Assembly (NCBI GenBank): GCA_041583775.1
Contig: JBFHFF010000003.1
Coordinates: 28,547-92,546 of the forward strand
Length of the DNA stretch: 64,000 nt
Source of the DNA: Candidatus Moraniibacteriota bacterium
GTDB taxonomy: Bacteria > Patescibacteriota > Minisyncoccia > Moranbacterales > DUUL01
Direction: 5' to 3'
Part shown: one piece after another, positions 47,824 to 58,072 of the stretch
How positions within the stretch are numbered: position 1 is the first letter of the stretch
How the letters are laid out: every line of letters starts with the position of its first letter
Position numbers and translations under genes: made by a program
Notes under the pieces: model-generated
Database searches by the model: none
Told to the model about the DNA's origin: nothing
Seen by the model: the letters and a program-made list of their open reading frames with translations, nothing else

Positions 47824-49146
47824 GTGCAAATAAAGAAGCCCAAAGTATTAATGTTTGGTTGGGAATTCCCACCGTATAGTGTGGGTGGTCTTGGTGTTGC
47901 TTGTTATGGCCTAACTAAGAGTATGACAAAGCTTGGTATGGAAATCACCTTTGTTGTTCCGAAAGCTCCGAAAAACGCTAAAAACCACTTCCTAAATTTG
48001 TTAGTCGCTGATAGGATAGCGATAGGGATGAGTGATGTGGAGGAGATCGAGGGAATTAATTTGCAAAAAGTTGATTCTTTGTTAATGCCCTATATGGACG
48101 CTAAAAAATATTCTTCATTGGTTGAATATTTGAAAAAAAGAGGTGGAACAATTGAAAATTTTATTTATTCAAGTGAGTCTAAGGACTTTGATTCTAAAAA
48201 TCAATATGGCCTAAACCTATATGAAGAAGTTTGGCGATATGCAAATAAAGCTGCTATAATAGCAAGAAAGGAGAATTTTGATGTAATTCATGTGCATGAC
48301 TGGATGACTTTTCAAGCAGGAATAATTGCAAAAGAAATTAGTGGAAAACCCCTTGTTATTCACATTCACAATACAGCTTTTGATAGAAGCGGGGGGCATC
48401 CTGGACGAAGAGAATTTGAAATTGAAAAAGAAGGTTTCGAGAAAGCCGACAGAATCATTGCAATTAGTAATTATGTAAAAAATAAATTGCTAAAACATTA
48501 CGGAGTGGATCCTAACAAAATTATTGTTGCACACAATGGAATTGACGCGGAGGATTATTGTTTTAAAAACTCAGAAAGAAATATTAATAACAAAATAGTT
48601 TTGTATGCAGGAAGAGTTACTTTACAAAAAGGACCAGAATACTTTGTAAAAGCAGCTGCAAAAATTTGTCAAACAAGAGATGACATCACATTTATTTTAG
48701 CTGGTGGTGGTGATATGTTAATCAGTATGATTGAACTCGCTGCCCATTTAAAAATTTCCGATAAATTTGTTTTTACTGATTGGTATAGCAAACAAGAGGG
48801 GGAGAAATTAATGAATATGGCTGATGTATTTGTAATGCCTTCAGTATCAGAACCATTTGGACTCGTTCCTCTTGAGGCAATGTTGCAACGCACGCCAACG
48901 ATAATCTCAAAGCAGTCTGGAGTAAGTGAGGTCTTGGAAAATTCTTTAAAAGTTGATTTTTGGGATATAGATGAGCTGGCAAATAAAATAGCATCAGTGT
49001 TGGATTATGATTCTCTTAGAAGTCATCTTGTTGAAATGGGAGAGAAAGAGGCAAAATCAATGACATGGGACAAGGCCGCTTTGGAATGTAAAAGAGTTTT
49101 TGAAAAATTGATTTATGAACACAAGATGTCAGAAAATTGTTACTAA
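47824..49146 (+). CDS. Glycogen/alpha-glucan synthase-like glycosyltransferase (short archaeal-type GT-B)
   Basis: N-terminal FPPYSVGGLGVACYGL, analogous to the K-T-G-G-L donor motif of glycogen synthases. C-terminal EPFGLVPLEAM. 440 aa. Followed by GH57 and GH15 genes. Confidence 0.55.
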   Translation: MQIKKPKVLMFGWEFPPYSVGGLGVACYGLTKSMTKLGMEITFVVPKAPKNAKNHFLNLLVADRIAIGMSDVEEIEGINLQKVDSLLMPYMDAKKYSSLVEYLKKRGGTIENFIYSSESKDFDSKNQYGLNLYEEVWRYANKAAIIARKENFDVIHVHDWMTFQAGIIAKEISGKPLVIHIHNTAFDRSGGHPGRREFEIEKEGFEKADRIIAISNYVKNKLLKHYGVDPNKIIVAHNGIDAEDYCFKNSERNINNKIVLYAGRVTLQKGPEYFVKAAAKICQTRDDITFILAGGGDMLISMIELAAHLKISDKFVFTDWYSKQEGEKLMNMADVFVMPSVSEPFGLVPLEAMLQRTPTIISKQSGVSEVLENSLKVDFWDIDELANKIASVLDYDSLRSHLVEMGEKEAKSMTWDKAALECKRVFEKLIYEHKMSENCY

Positions 49147-49167
49147 CTAATTTTACCAAGAGATAAG

Positions 49168-50379
49168 ATGCCAAATATTTGTTTTTATTTTCAAGTTCAT
49201 CAACCATATAGAGTTAAAAACTATAAAGTTTTTGACATTGGAAAGGATCATGAGTATTTTAATGATAACTCTGAAGGTGATTTGAATAATAGCTGGATTA
49301 TTCAAAAAGTTGCTAGAAAATGTTATTTACCAACAAATAAACTTCTATTAGAGTTACTGAAAAAACACCCTGAATTTAGGATAAGCTTTTCCTTTTCCGG
49401 TGTTTATCTCGATCAATTGGAACGATTTGCTCCAGCAGTTCTAAGTTCATTTCAAGACTTAGTTGCAACTGGAAGGGCTGAGGTCTTGAGTGAAACCTAT
49501 TATCATTCATTGGCATTTTTATATTCAAAAGATGAATTTGTTTTCCAAGTGGAAAAGCACAAGGATAAGGTGGCAAAGTTATTTGGTGTTAAGCCAACAG
49601 TTTTTCGTAATACCGAATTGATATATAACAATGATTTAGCGAAAAAAGTCGAATCAATGGGCTATAAGGGGGTTATAGCCGAGGGTGCGGACAAGGTATT
49701 GTCATGGAAGAGCCCAAATTTTCTTTATGAGGCCGCAGGATGTGATAATTTGAAGTTATTGTTGAAAAATTACAAATTATCTGATGATATAGCATTTCGT
49801 TTTTCGGATCACAATTGGGCAGAGCATCCATTGTCAGCAAAGACTTTTGCTGATTGGGTTTCAAATCACAACGGGGAAGGAGAGCTTATAAATTTATTTA
49901 TGGATTATGAGACATTTGGAGAGCATCAATGGGAGGATTCTGGGATATTTGATTTTCTTCGGCATCTTCCAGACTTTGTTTTACAAAATCCTTCAAATGG
50001 ATTCATAACTCCAAGCGAAGCCATTGAAACTCTTGAAAGTAGAGGCAAAATAGATTTTTTTGATTTTATTTCATGGGCTGATGAAGAGAGGGATCTTTCT
50101 GCTTGGCGCTCAAATGTTTTACAGACTGATGCCCTAGAAAAGGTTTATGCAATTGAAAAAGATGTTTTGAATACTAAAGATGAAAAAATAATTGATGATT
50201 GGAGGAAGCTGCAAACTTCTGACCATTTCTATTATATGTGTACAAAATATTTTGCCGATGGTGATGTTCATAAATATTTTAATCCATACGAAACTCCGCA
50301 TGATGCATTTATTTCTTTTATGAACGCTTTAAGTGATATGAAAATTAGAGTTAATAGGCACAATGTGGCAAATGTTTAA
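49168..50379 (+). CDS. Glycoside hydrolase family 57 protein (alpha-glucan-acting)
   Basis: The N-terminal FYFQVHQPYR block is the GH57 hallmark. (beta/alpha)7-barrel catalytic region. 403 aa. Confidence 0.6.
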   Translation: MPNICFYFQVHQPYRVKNYKVFDIGKDHEYFNDNSEGDLNNSWIIQKVARKCYLPTNKLLLELLKKHPEFRISFSFSGVYLDQLERFAPAVLSSFQDLVATGRAEVLSETYYHSLAFLYSKDEFVFQVEKHKDKVAKLFGVKPTVFRNTELIYNNDLAKKVESMGYKGVIAEGADKVLSWKSPNFLYEAAGCDNLKLLLKNYKLSDDIAFRFSDHNWAEHPLSAKTFADWVSNHNGEGELINLFMDYETFGEHQWEDSGIFDFLRHLPDFVLQNPSNGFITPSEAIETLESRGKIDFFDFISWADEERDLSAWRSNVLQTDALEKVYAIEKDVLNTKDEKIIDDWRKLQTSDHFYYMCTKYFADGDVHKYFNPYETPHDAFISFMNALSDMKIRVNRHNVANV

Positions 50380-50441
50380 AGAATAAATAAAAAAGTTAAA
50401 ATTGAATCAAATCAAAATATTTAAATTTTATTAAAAACAAA

Positions 50442-50948
50442 ATGAGTTTATTTAAAAGACTTATTGTTCAGTCAGAAGAAGATGAAAATGGGGACAATAA
50501 TAATGATGTAGTGACAAAAGAAGATATTAAGGAGGTGTCAACGGAAGATGTTGTAGTAAAAGAGCAAGCCATCCAGAAAGAGCTAATAGAAGAAGATACA
50601 GTGGCTCAAGAAAATAAAATGGAGAAGTTATTGCGGGGCAATGATAGTGAAGAAAAAGAAGAGGAGATGGAGCAAAAAGATGTTGTCAAAAAAATAAGAG
50701 TTTTCGATACATCCCCGAATGAAGATTTTTGGTTTCACTATGGACCAGTTGTAAAAAATCTTGCCGAACTAAGGGATGCTTTTTTGCAGATTGATGATAA
50801 TCTTTATAATTATCACGCAAACGGAAATGAAAACGATTTTGAAGTTTGGATTAAAGATGTTTTTGGATATGAAGAGTTAGCTAAAAAAATCGGGAGTGCT
50901 AAGACTAGAAAAAAAGCTCATAAGATACTAGAAGATGCAGTGGAATAA
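50442..50948 (+). CDS. Hypothetical acidic protein (Glu/Asp-rich N-terminus, conserved C-terminal ~70 aa)
   Basis: Open 168-aa frame between the GH57 and GH15 genes. No recognisable motif. Confidence 0.35.
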   Translation: MSLFKRLIVQSEEDENGDNNNDVVTKEDIKEVSTEDVVVKEQAIQKELIEEDTVAQENKMEKLLRGNDSEEKEEEMEQKDVVKKIRVFDTSPNEDFWFHYGPVVKNLAELRDAFLQIDDNLYNYHANGNENDFEVWIKDVFGYEELAKKIGSAKTRKKAHKILEDAVE

Positions 50949-51023
50949 GAATTGGAAGGAAAGTATATTTTAGCTAATTGGTTTTTAAAAAGATGATAAA
51001 ATAAGTTTTGAGACAAAAGTAAA

Positions 51024-52985
51024 ATGCCAAAATCTTTAGTACTAGGAAACGGAAACATGCTTTTATGCTTTGACAACAAAGCGCGTGTTTGTGACTTTTA
51101 TTATCACTATGTTGGCTTGGAAAATCATGCTGGCAGTGGTTGTGTCCATAGAATTGGAATTATGATTGATGGTCAGTTTTCATGGATTGAAGAGTCTGCT
51201 TGGAAAGTTGAGATGGCGTATCAAAAAGACTCTTTAGTTTCAAAAGTTAGTATGAATAATGAGCAACTTGGAATCAGACTTAATTTTAGAGATGCGGTGT
51301 ATAATGAAAAGTGTATCTTTCTAAGAAAGGTTACTGTGGAAAATTTATGGGATAACAAGAGACAAATAAAAATATTTTTTCATCAACAATTTAGAATCTA
51401 TGATACTGAGAGAAGAGATACTGGTTATTATGATCCTGATAGAAAAGTAATAACTCACTATGAGGGGCGAAGAGTTTTTGTTGTTGGTGGAAGACAAGGG
51501 CAAAAGAGTTTTGATGATTATTGTGTTGGTAATTATGGCATTGAAGGCAAGATAGGGACCTGGAAAGATGCTGAAGATGGTATATTAGAAAAAAACCCAA
51601 TTGAGCATGGGCCAGTTGACTCTGTTATTGCCTTCACTTTCGAAGTTGAGGGGAATGGTAGAAAAACTGTTAATTATTGGATTGCTGCAGCTAAAGTATT
51701 AGCAGAAGCTAGGAATTTACATGAGTATGTTCTGGCAAGAACGCCCAATCATTTATTGGAATCAACAGAAGATTATTGGAGGGCTTGGGTGAATAAAAAT
51801 AAGATAGATTTTAAAAATCTGGATGAGGAATCAATTGATTTATTTAAAAGATCTTTATTGGTAATAAGTACACACTCAGGTAATGAAGGTGGGATAGTGG
51901 CATCCGCTGATTCAGATATGTTGCAATACGGGCGTGATACATATGCATATGTATGGCCAAGAGATGGAGCTTTTGTTGCCATGTCATTAATTCAAACTAA
52001 ACATTTTTCAATTGCCAGAAAGTTTTTTGAATTTTGTAATGATGTAATTAGTGAGGATGGTTATTTCTTTCATAAATATCGAAGTGATAAATCAATCGGA
52101 AGTTCTTGGCATCCTTGGTCTAGAGACGGGAAAAAACAACTTGCAATTCAAGAAGATGAAACTGCTTTAATATTGTATTCGCTTTGGGAGTATTATGAGG
52201 CAAGTTTAAATATCGAATTTATTGAAAGTGTTTATAACTCATTGATTAAAAAAGCAGCTGAGTTTATGTATCACTATCGAGATAAAAGAACTGGCTTGCC
52301 AAAAGAGAGTTATGATTTATGGGAGCAAGATTACGGGATATCAACATTTACTTCCAGTACAGTGTATGGGGGTCTTATGGCAGCAAGTAAGTTTGCTGAA
52401 GTGCTTGGTAAAGAGGAGGACGCAAAGAAATATAGTCACGAAGCAGAGGAAATAAAAACTCTTATTATAAAATATTTGCATAACAGCAATAATGGTTATT
52501 TTTACAAGAGAATTACTTCGAGTAAAGAGGATTTTGGTTTTGATGACACGATTGATATCAGTAGTTTTTTCGGTTTGTTTTATTTTGGTATAATTGACAT
52601 TGACGATCCGATGCTTGGTGATGCTTTTGATGTCGTTGAAAGAGAACTTTTTTGTAAAACTAAAATTGGTGGAGTGATGAGATATGTTGGTGATAAATAT
52701 CACCAAGTTCATAATGATATGACCGGAAATCCATGGATTATTACAACTCTTTGGGTTGCTCAATATCGAATAAAGAAGGCAAAAAATATTAATGATTTAA
52801 ATGAAGTTAAAAATATTTTTAAATGGGTTTGTGATAGAATGACAACTGCAGGTATTTTGCCGGAACAGGTAAATTCAGACACGGGAGAGCATCTTTCTGC
52901 GGCACCGCTTACATGGAGCCATTCTGAATATGTGACAACAGTTATTCAATATTTAAACAAAAGAGAAGAAATCGAGAATCATTAG
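51024..52985 (+). CDS. GH15 family glucoamylase/glucodextranase-like enzyme (archaeal-type, with N-terminal beta-sandwich domain)
   Basis: (alpha/alpha)6-barrel region with YVWPRDGAFVAMSL and LWEQDYG-type acid/base blocks typical of GH15. N-terminal GNGNMLLCFD domain. 653 aa. Confidence 0.6.
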   Translation: MPKSLVLGNGNMLLCFDNKARVCDFYYHYVGLENHAGSGCVHRIGIMIDGQFSWIEESAWKVEMAYQKDSLVSKVSMNNEQLGIRLNFRDAVYNEKCIFLRKVTVENLWDNKRQIKIFFHQQFRIYDTERRDTGYYDPDRKVITHYEGRRVFVVGGRQGQKSFDDYCVGNYGIEGKIGTWKDAEDGILEKNPIEHGPVDSVIAFTFEVEGNGRKTVNYWIAAAKVLAEARNLHEYVLARTPNHLLESTEDYWRAWVNKNKIDFKNLDEESIDLFKRSLLVISTHSGNEGGIVASADSDMLQYGRDTYAYVWPRDGAFVAMSLIQTKHFSIARKFFEFCNDVISEDGYFFHKYRSDKSIGSSWHPWSRDGKKQLAIQEDETALILYSLWEYYEASLNIEFIESVYNSLIKKAAEFMYHYRDKRTGLPKESYDLWEQDYGISTFTSSTVYGGLMAASKFAEVLGKEEDAKKYSHEAEEIKTLIIKYLHNSNNGYFYKRITSSKEDFGFDDTIDISSFFGLFYFGIIDIDDPMLGDAFDVVERELFCKTKIGGVMRYVGDKYHQVHNDMTGNPWIITTLWVAQYRIKKAKNINDLNEVKNIFKWVCDRMTTAGILPEQVNSDTGEHLSAAPLTWSHSEYVTTVIQYLNKREEIENH

Positions 52986-53042
52986 ATATTGGTTTAAAAA
53001 GATAAATTTAGAATATAATTTAAAAGTAAGTAGATTATACAA

Positions 53043-53276
53043 ATGAAAATCAAAATTGATCAAGAAAGGTGCGTTGGTTGTGGTAGGTGCGCGGAGATGT
53101 GTCCATCAGTTTTTAAATTAAACGAAGAGGGGAAAGCGATTGTGCTTAATGATAAAATAGAGGAGTGTGAACAGGAGCCAACAGGAGAAGAGTGTGCAAT
53201 TGTTAGTGATGTTGTTAAGAAAACTGCTGATGAATGTATTGTTGAGGCGATCGATATCGATATGGAAATAAGTTAA
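53043..53276 (+). CDS. Small [4Fe-4S] ferredoxin
   Basis: CVGCGRCAEMCP cluster motif plus a distal Cys. 77 aa and acidic. Confidence 0.6.
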   Translation: MKIKIDQERCVGCGRCAEMCPSVFKLNEEGKAIVLNDKIEECEQEPTGEECAIVSDVVKKTADECIVEAIDIDMEIS

Positions 53277-53321
53277 ATTTTTCAACAATATTTAAAATTA
53301 TCTCTAGAATTATTATAAATT

Positions 53322-53350
53322 AAAAAACCCAAAAAATCTGGGTTTTTTAA
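53322..53350. terminator. Bidirectional rho-independent terminator (AAAAAACCCA-aaaaatct-GGGTTTTTT)
   Basis: Inverted repeat with flanking A/T runs, between convergent ferredoxin (+) and gpmI (-). Confidence 0.65.
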
Positions 53351-53395
53351 TTTATAGTATAAGATTAGACGACAAAGTGAGTCTTTTTTTAAAAA

Positions 53396-54985
53396 TTATT
53401 GTTTCGTTGATAGTACATCCAAAAGATCTTGTCCTGTCATTTCTGGGTCTCTCTGGATTTCTAGCAATTTTAAAATTGTAGGTGCAAGGTCAACTAACAT
53501 TCCTTCAATTGGAGGGAGTGAGACCTCTTCCAATGGCTGGTTACGATGATTAGTGGCATTGACATACCAGCAAGGGACGGGGTTGGTTGAGTGTTCCGTG
53601 TCTCTTTCTCCCGTTCTTAGATTTACCATTTCCTCAACATTGCCATGATCAGCTGTTATTATAAGACAACCATTTTCTTCTAGTACAGTTGTAATCAATC
53701 TGTCGAGACATTTATCAGTTACTTCAAGAGCCTTAACTGCAGCGTTTATGTCACCAGTATGTCCAACCATATCAGGGTTGGCATAATTTACTAAAATAAA
53801 ATCATAGTTTTTGTTTTTATTTCTGATTGCTTCAATGAGCTTATCTGTCACTTCATGGGCACTCATTTCTGGAATTTCAGCATAAGAAGAGACACTTTTT
53901 GAGAGAACTGGGATTCGATCTTCCCCCTTGTATGGTTTTTCTGTCCCACCGTTAAAAAAATAAGTAACATGAGCAAATTTTTCTGTTTCAGCAATTCTAA
54001 GTTGAGAAAGTCCATTTTCTTCAAATATTTGTCCTAGTCTTGTAGTAATTTCTTGAGCAGGAAAGGCGATGTTTTCGCAAAGACCTTTTTCATACTCAGC
54101 AAAACAAGCGAAAAATAAATTTTCAACCCTTTTTGCTTTTTCAAAATTTTTAAAATCTTTTTCTTCAAAAGCTTGTGTGATTTGTCTTGCTCGATCTTTT
54201 CTGAAATTGAAAAAAATTACCGCATCATTTTCTTTGATGTTTCCAACCGGTTCACCATTTGAGTCTGTTATTACAATTGGCTTGATATACTCATCCGTTA
54301 CATCCTCATTATATTGTTTTTTTATTCCTTCTATGGGATCAACTTCTTTAACTCCCTCACCTTCTGTCATCGCCCTGAATCCCTTTTCAATTCGGTCCCA
54401 ATTTGTATTTCTGTCCATTGTGAAATACCTTCCAGTGAGACTTGCAATTTTACCAACTCCTAAGCTAGCAGATTTTTTTTGTATTTTTTGAATAAAATCA
54501 ACAGCAGCCTTTGGGGCAGTATCGCGCCCATCTGTGATTCCATGGATGAATACATTCTCAAGCTTTTGTTCACTTGCAAATTCCAATAGTGCACTTAGAT
54601 GATCTATGTGAGAATGTACAGCACCGTTGCTGATCATTCCCATAAAATGAAGGTTGGAGTTGTGTTTTTTTGTCCATTCAACGGCTTCTAGGAAAACATC
54701 ATTTTTGAAGAATTTACCATTTTCAATAGCGGCTGTAATGACGGGCAGGAATTGATAGATAATTTGACCAGTTCCCATTGTTTGATGTCCAACCTCAGAA
54801 TTTCCATAAATTCCCCAAGGTAAACCGACAGACATTCCAGACGCCTGAAGTAATGTCTTTGGGTAATATCTGTTTAATTTGTCAATTGTTGGTAGGTTGG
54901 AGATTGGTATTGGATTTCCTTGCTGATTATTCCATTCACCCCAACCATCAAGCACAACAAGTACAACAGGCTTTTGTTTCGCCAT
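53396..54985 (-). CDS. gpmI: 2,3-bisphosphoglycerate-independent phosphoglycerate mutase
   Basis: iPGM N-terminal block (VLVVLDGWG) and metal-binding/phosphoserine region (TADHGN). 529 aa. Confidence 0.85.
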   Translation of the reverse strand: MAKQKPVVLVVLDGWGEWNNQQGNPIPISNLPTIDKLNRYYPKTLLQASGMSVGLPWGIYGNSEVGHQTMGTGQIIYQFLPVITAAIENGKFFKNDVFLEAVEWTKKHNSNLHFMGMISNGAVHSHIDHLSALLEFASEQKLENVFIHGITDGRDTAPKAAVDFIQKIQKKSASLGVGKIASLTGRYFTMDRNTNWDRIEKGFRAMTEGEGVKEVDPIEGIKKQYNEDVTDEYIKPIVITDSNGEPVGNIKENDAVIFFNFRKDRARQITQAFEEKDFKNFEKAKRVENLFFACFAEYEKGLCENIAFPAQEITTRLGQIFEENGLSQLRIAETEKFAHVTYFFNGGTEKPYKGEDRIPVLSKSVSSYAEIPEMSAHEVTDKLIEAIRNKNKNYDFILVNYANPDMVGHTGDINAAVKALEVTDKCLDRLITTVLEENGCLIITADHGNVEEMVNLRTGERDTEHSTNPVPCWYVNATNHRNQPLEEVSLPPIEGMLVDLAPTILKLLEIQRDPEMTGQDLLDVLSTKQ

Positions 54986-55076
54986 AGAGTTTTGTTTTTT
55001 AAAACATATATTCTTAATATTGAAAAAAGAATATTAGTTTATTTTAATATAATTCAAAATTTATTTTTTGATATTT

Positions 55077-55532
55077 TTAATTTTCAATTACTTCCTCTTC
55101 TTTTTTGATTTCAGTTTCTGTTTCTAACTCAATTGGTTCTGGCGCTTTTTGTGGTGAAGGTTTTTCGTCAATTTGTTTGGCGCTTGTTTTTTTGAAGGAA
55201 ACTGCAAAATTAGGTTCGTATAAATTGTTGTATTCATCAACAACTTCAATCGGTTTGCCTTCCATTAAAGTTGTCATCGCTATGTCACTTTGGATTTGTT
55301 TTAAATCTGCAATTGTTAGTTTTAAATCTTCAATTTTATCCCAGCGACTTCCCATTTGGGATTGTGTAATTGTTTCAAGTTCCTTTTTTCGCATTTTTAG
55401 CTCCTCTAACTGTTCGGATAATTCTTGATATTCTTGATTTTGTCCTAGAGCATCTTTGTATTCAGAGCGAATTTCAGATTGTTCTCTTTTTGCTTCTTTC
55501 AATTCATTGAAGATTTCTTGAATCTCTTTCAT
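55077..55532 (-). CDS. Hypothetical coiled-coil protein
   Basis: Heptad-rich Glu/Lys/Gln sequence of 151 aa. No motif recognised. Confidence 0.35.
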   Translation of the reverse strand: MKEIQEIFNELKEAKREQSEIRSEYKDALGQNQEYQELSEQLEELKMRKKELETITQSQMGSRWDKIEDLKLTIADLKQIQSDIAMTTLMEGKPIEVVDEYNNLYEPNFAVSFKKTSAKQIDEKPSPQKAPEPIELETETEIKKEEEVIEN

Positions 55533-55674
55533 TTTTGTTTTTTTAAAACTTGGTTAAAAATAAAACTCTCTTGATATTTTTTAAAATATCTTAAAGTAGT
55601 TTTTAGTAAAATTTCAAATATAATTATATCTTATTTTTTTGCCCTGAACAAATTCTAGATAAGGGTAAAGAATG

Positions 55675-56460
55675 TTATTTTTCAATAAGTGTTATTTTTT
55701 CAATAATAACAGGTTCTGTTGGTCTGTCTCCTGATTGAGTTGGAGTTGTTTCTATCTTTTTAACAACATCCATACCGTTAGTGACAAAGCCAAAATTTGT
55801 ATGCTTTCCATCCAACCAACTAGTCTCATCTTTTGTGACGATGAAAAATTGTGAACCATTTGTGTCTGGACCAGAGTTTGCCATAGCAAGAGATCCACTT
55901 ATCAACTTATGAGAGTTTATCTCGTCAGGAAAAGAATAGCCAGGGTCACCAGTTCCCCAGGTATTTGGTGCATTATCATTTTTCGAATTTTGATCTCCTG
56001 CCTGAATCATAAAATCTTCTATGACTCTATGGAATTTTGTATTATCATAAAAGCCCTCACTCGCTAATTTCATAAAATTATTTACAGTAGCAGGGGAGTC
56101 ATCTGAATAAAATTCAACTTCAATTTTTCCAAAATTTGTCTCAATTTGAGCTCCTTTATATTTGTCTTTATAGTCTAATGATGACAATTCCGTTAGTTCC
56201 ATTGTTTTTTTTGTTAGTTGTTTATTTGCAGAATCTTGTGAAGTCTGTGTTTTTGAGGAACTCTGAGTTTGTTTTTTAGTTCCCAAAGCTTCTTGTTGTC
56301 TTTTTTGTTGCGCTTCTAATTCGTATTCGCTTATTTTAGAATTTTTATTTTCTCCGATGTTTTTTCCTGTAATTTTTTCATTTGGTAAATTTGAGGAAGA
56401 ACACCCAGATATAATTAGAGCAAAAAGCCCTAAAAATGCACCATTTACTAGTATTTTCAT
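55675..56460 (-). CDS. Lipoprotein peptidyl-prolyl cis-trans isomerase (cyclophilin type)
   Basis: Lipobox (LIISGCSS) and a cyclophilin core (FHRVIEDFMIQAGD...GSQFFIV). Confidence 0.8.
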   Translation of the reverse strand: MKILVNGAFLGLFALIISGCSSSNLPNEKITGKNIGENKNSKISEYELEAQQKRQQEALGTKKQTQSSSKTQTSQDSANKQLTKKTMELTELSSLDYKDKYKGAQIETNFGKIEVEFYSDDSPATVNNFMKLASEGFYDNTKFHRVIEDFMIQAGDQNSKNDNAPNTWGTGDPGYSFPDEINSHKLISGSLAMANSGPDTNGSQFFIVTKDETSWLDGKHTNFGFVTNGMDVVKKIETTPTQSGDRPTEPVIIEKITLIEK

Positions 56461-56727
56461 TTTTATTTCAGTAATATTAATAAATAAGACATTAAATAGT
56501 ATAGACTATTTTCTTTTTATAATCCAGTGCTAAAATTTTAAAAGTTAATAAAACCTGTTTAAGGATTGACTTTTATTGGACAATACCCCATAATATAATT
56601 GTATGTAAGGTTATACGGTTTTTTCTGATAAGATTTGGACTTAGTGTGTGCGATTTTTGTTGCCAAATTAATTTAGACAAACAGATAACGGAACTTGCAA
56701 ACAGGTATAAATTTTTTAAGTGTACAC

Positions 56728-57021
56728 ATGGAACAAGAAGTTAACAAGAAAAAACTTTTCGTAGGAAACATTAGCTACGGAGTAACAGATGAATCATTAG
56801 CAGAACATTTTGCACAAGTTGGAACAGTTGAATCAGCAAAGATCATCGTTGATAAAATGACTGGTCGTTCAAAAGGATTCGGATTCGTTGAAATGTCAAC
56901 TGAAGAAGAGGCTCAAAAAGCAATTGCTGAGTTAGATCAAAAAGAACTTGATGGACGAGAATTGAATGTAAATGAAGCTCAACCACCAAAGAGACATTAC
57001 GAAAATAGAGGGAATTTCTAG
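56728..57021 (+). CDS. RRM-type RNA-binding protein. The track ORF begins at 56695; the internal Met at MEQEVNKKKLFVGN is more likely.
   Basis: RNP-2 (KLFVGNISY) and RNP-1 (KGFGFVEM) motifs. Confidence 0.7.
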   Translation: MEQEVNKKKLFVGNISYGVTDESLAEHFAQVGTVESAKIIVDKMTGRSKGFGFVEMSTEEEAQKAIAELDQKELDGRELNVNEAQPPKRHYENRGNF

Positions 57022-57556
57022 ATATTGTCTATCTGAGGACATGGAGGGAAAAGACAGGGAGCGCACAGCCCTGTTTTTGTTTGCTTGAAAATTGAAATAT
57101 CCAGAACAATATAAAGGTTTATAGGGTTGGTAATGTTTGTAAAGTTAGGATGTATGATAAATTCCAAATTCCAATTTACAATTTATGTTGAATTTTCAAT
57201 AAAAAATTCAACATAACAACTAAACGAAGGAGGTTGTCATTCCCGAGAAGTTGGGAATCTATTGGAATGAATAACGAAAAATATAGCACGAGACGCAAAA
57301 GCCATGCTTTTTTGTATTAAGAAAGATTCAAGCTAGAATGGTTTGTACCAAAAATTACTAAATATAGCATAATGGATCCCCATATGCACGGGGATGAAAA
57401 ACCAAAACATGCGTGTATTAGAAAATTTGCGTTGGAGCGGGTTTGTAACCCAGTCCCATATTTCAAGTCAACATTGTTGTATCTTCACTATGTCTTAAGA
57501 TAAAAGGTCTGAGTTACGAACTCTGACTATCACAAAAACAGGATTAACTTAAAATA

Positions 57557-57590
57557 AAAGGTACCTCTAAAGGTACCTTTTATTTTGTTG
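57557..57590. terminator. Bidirectional rho-independent terminator (AAAAGGTACC-tctaa-GGTACCTTTT + T-run)
   Basis: Perfect 10-bp inverted repeat, 10 nt downstream of the stop of the minus-strand gene 57601..57930. It also closes the long non-coding stretch that begins at 57040. Confidence 0.7.
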
Positions 57591-57600
57591 AAAAGAAATT

Positions 57601-57930
57601 CTATTTTGGTCGAATTGCAACTAGAATTGAGGTTATTGTGAGTCCTGCAAATCCCCCGTATAACAATGCTTGGATGTTTGTGATTTTTAACTTAGCAATA
57701 TCAAGATAAGCCAAAGCTGAAGTCAATAAAAGGAGTATAAATAAAGTGAAGAATATTTGATAGACTGGCACAACTTCTTTTTTTGTTTCAAATAAGAAAG
57801 GGAGCACTGCTAGAAAAAGAGCAGTTGCAGCAAAAGACCACATAAAGAAATTAAAAAAATCACTTTCAAATAGATTTATTGTGGCAATGAATCCGCAAGC
57901 GATCGGAATAAGAAGGATAATAATTCGCAT
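57601..57930 (-). CDS. Hypothetical small membrane protein (3-4 TM)
   Basis: Hydrophobic 109-aa ORF with a terminator immediately downstream. Confidence 0.35.
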   Translation of the reverse strand: MRIIILLIPIACGFIATINLFESDFFNFFMWSFAATALFLAVLPFLFETKKEVVPVYQIFFTLFILLLLTSALAYLDIAKLKITNIQALLYGGFAGLTITSILVAIRPK

Positions 57931-58072
57931 TTTGTTTTATTTATTCTGAATGTCATTATTATAACATTTATTTGAGGGAAATAAAATAAGAAGAGCACTC
58001 CTTGAAAAAAACCATTAATTGGGATAAGCTTATCAATGATCGTTAGATGAATTTTAAACAAAATCACATATT

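Noticed and set aside
57040-57600. Specific identification of the non-coding region as tmRNA, RNase P RNA or SRP RNA
   Set aside because: I could not locate the diagnostic elements by eye: no tmRNA tag-peptide frame ending in ...ALAA plus a tRNA-like 3' end, no RNase P P4/CR-I blocks (AGGAAAGTCCGGGC), and no SRP domain IV GGAAGCAGCC. It is reported only as a candidate ncRNA region.
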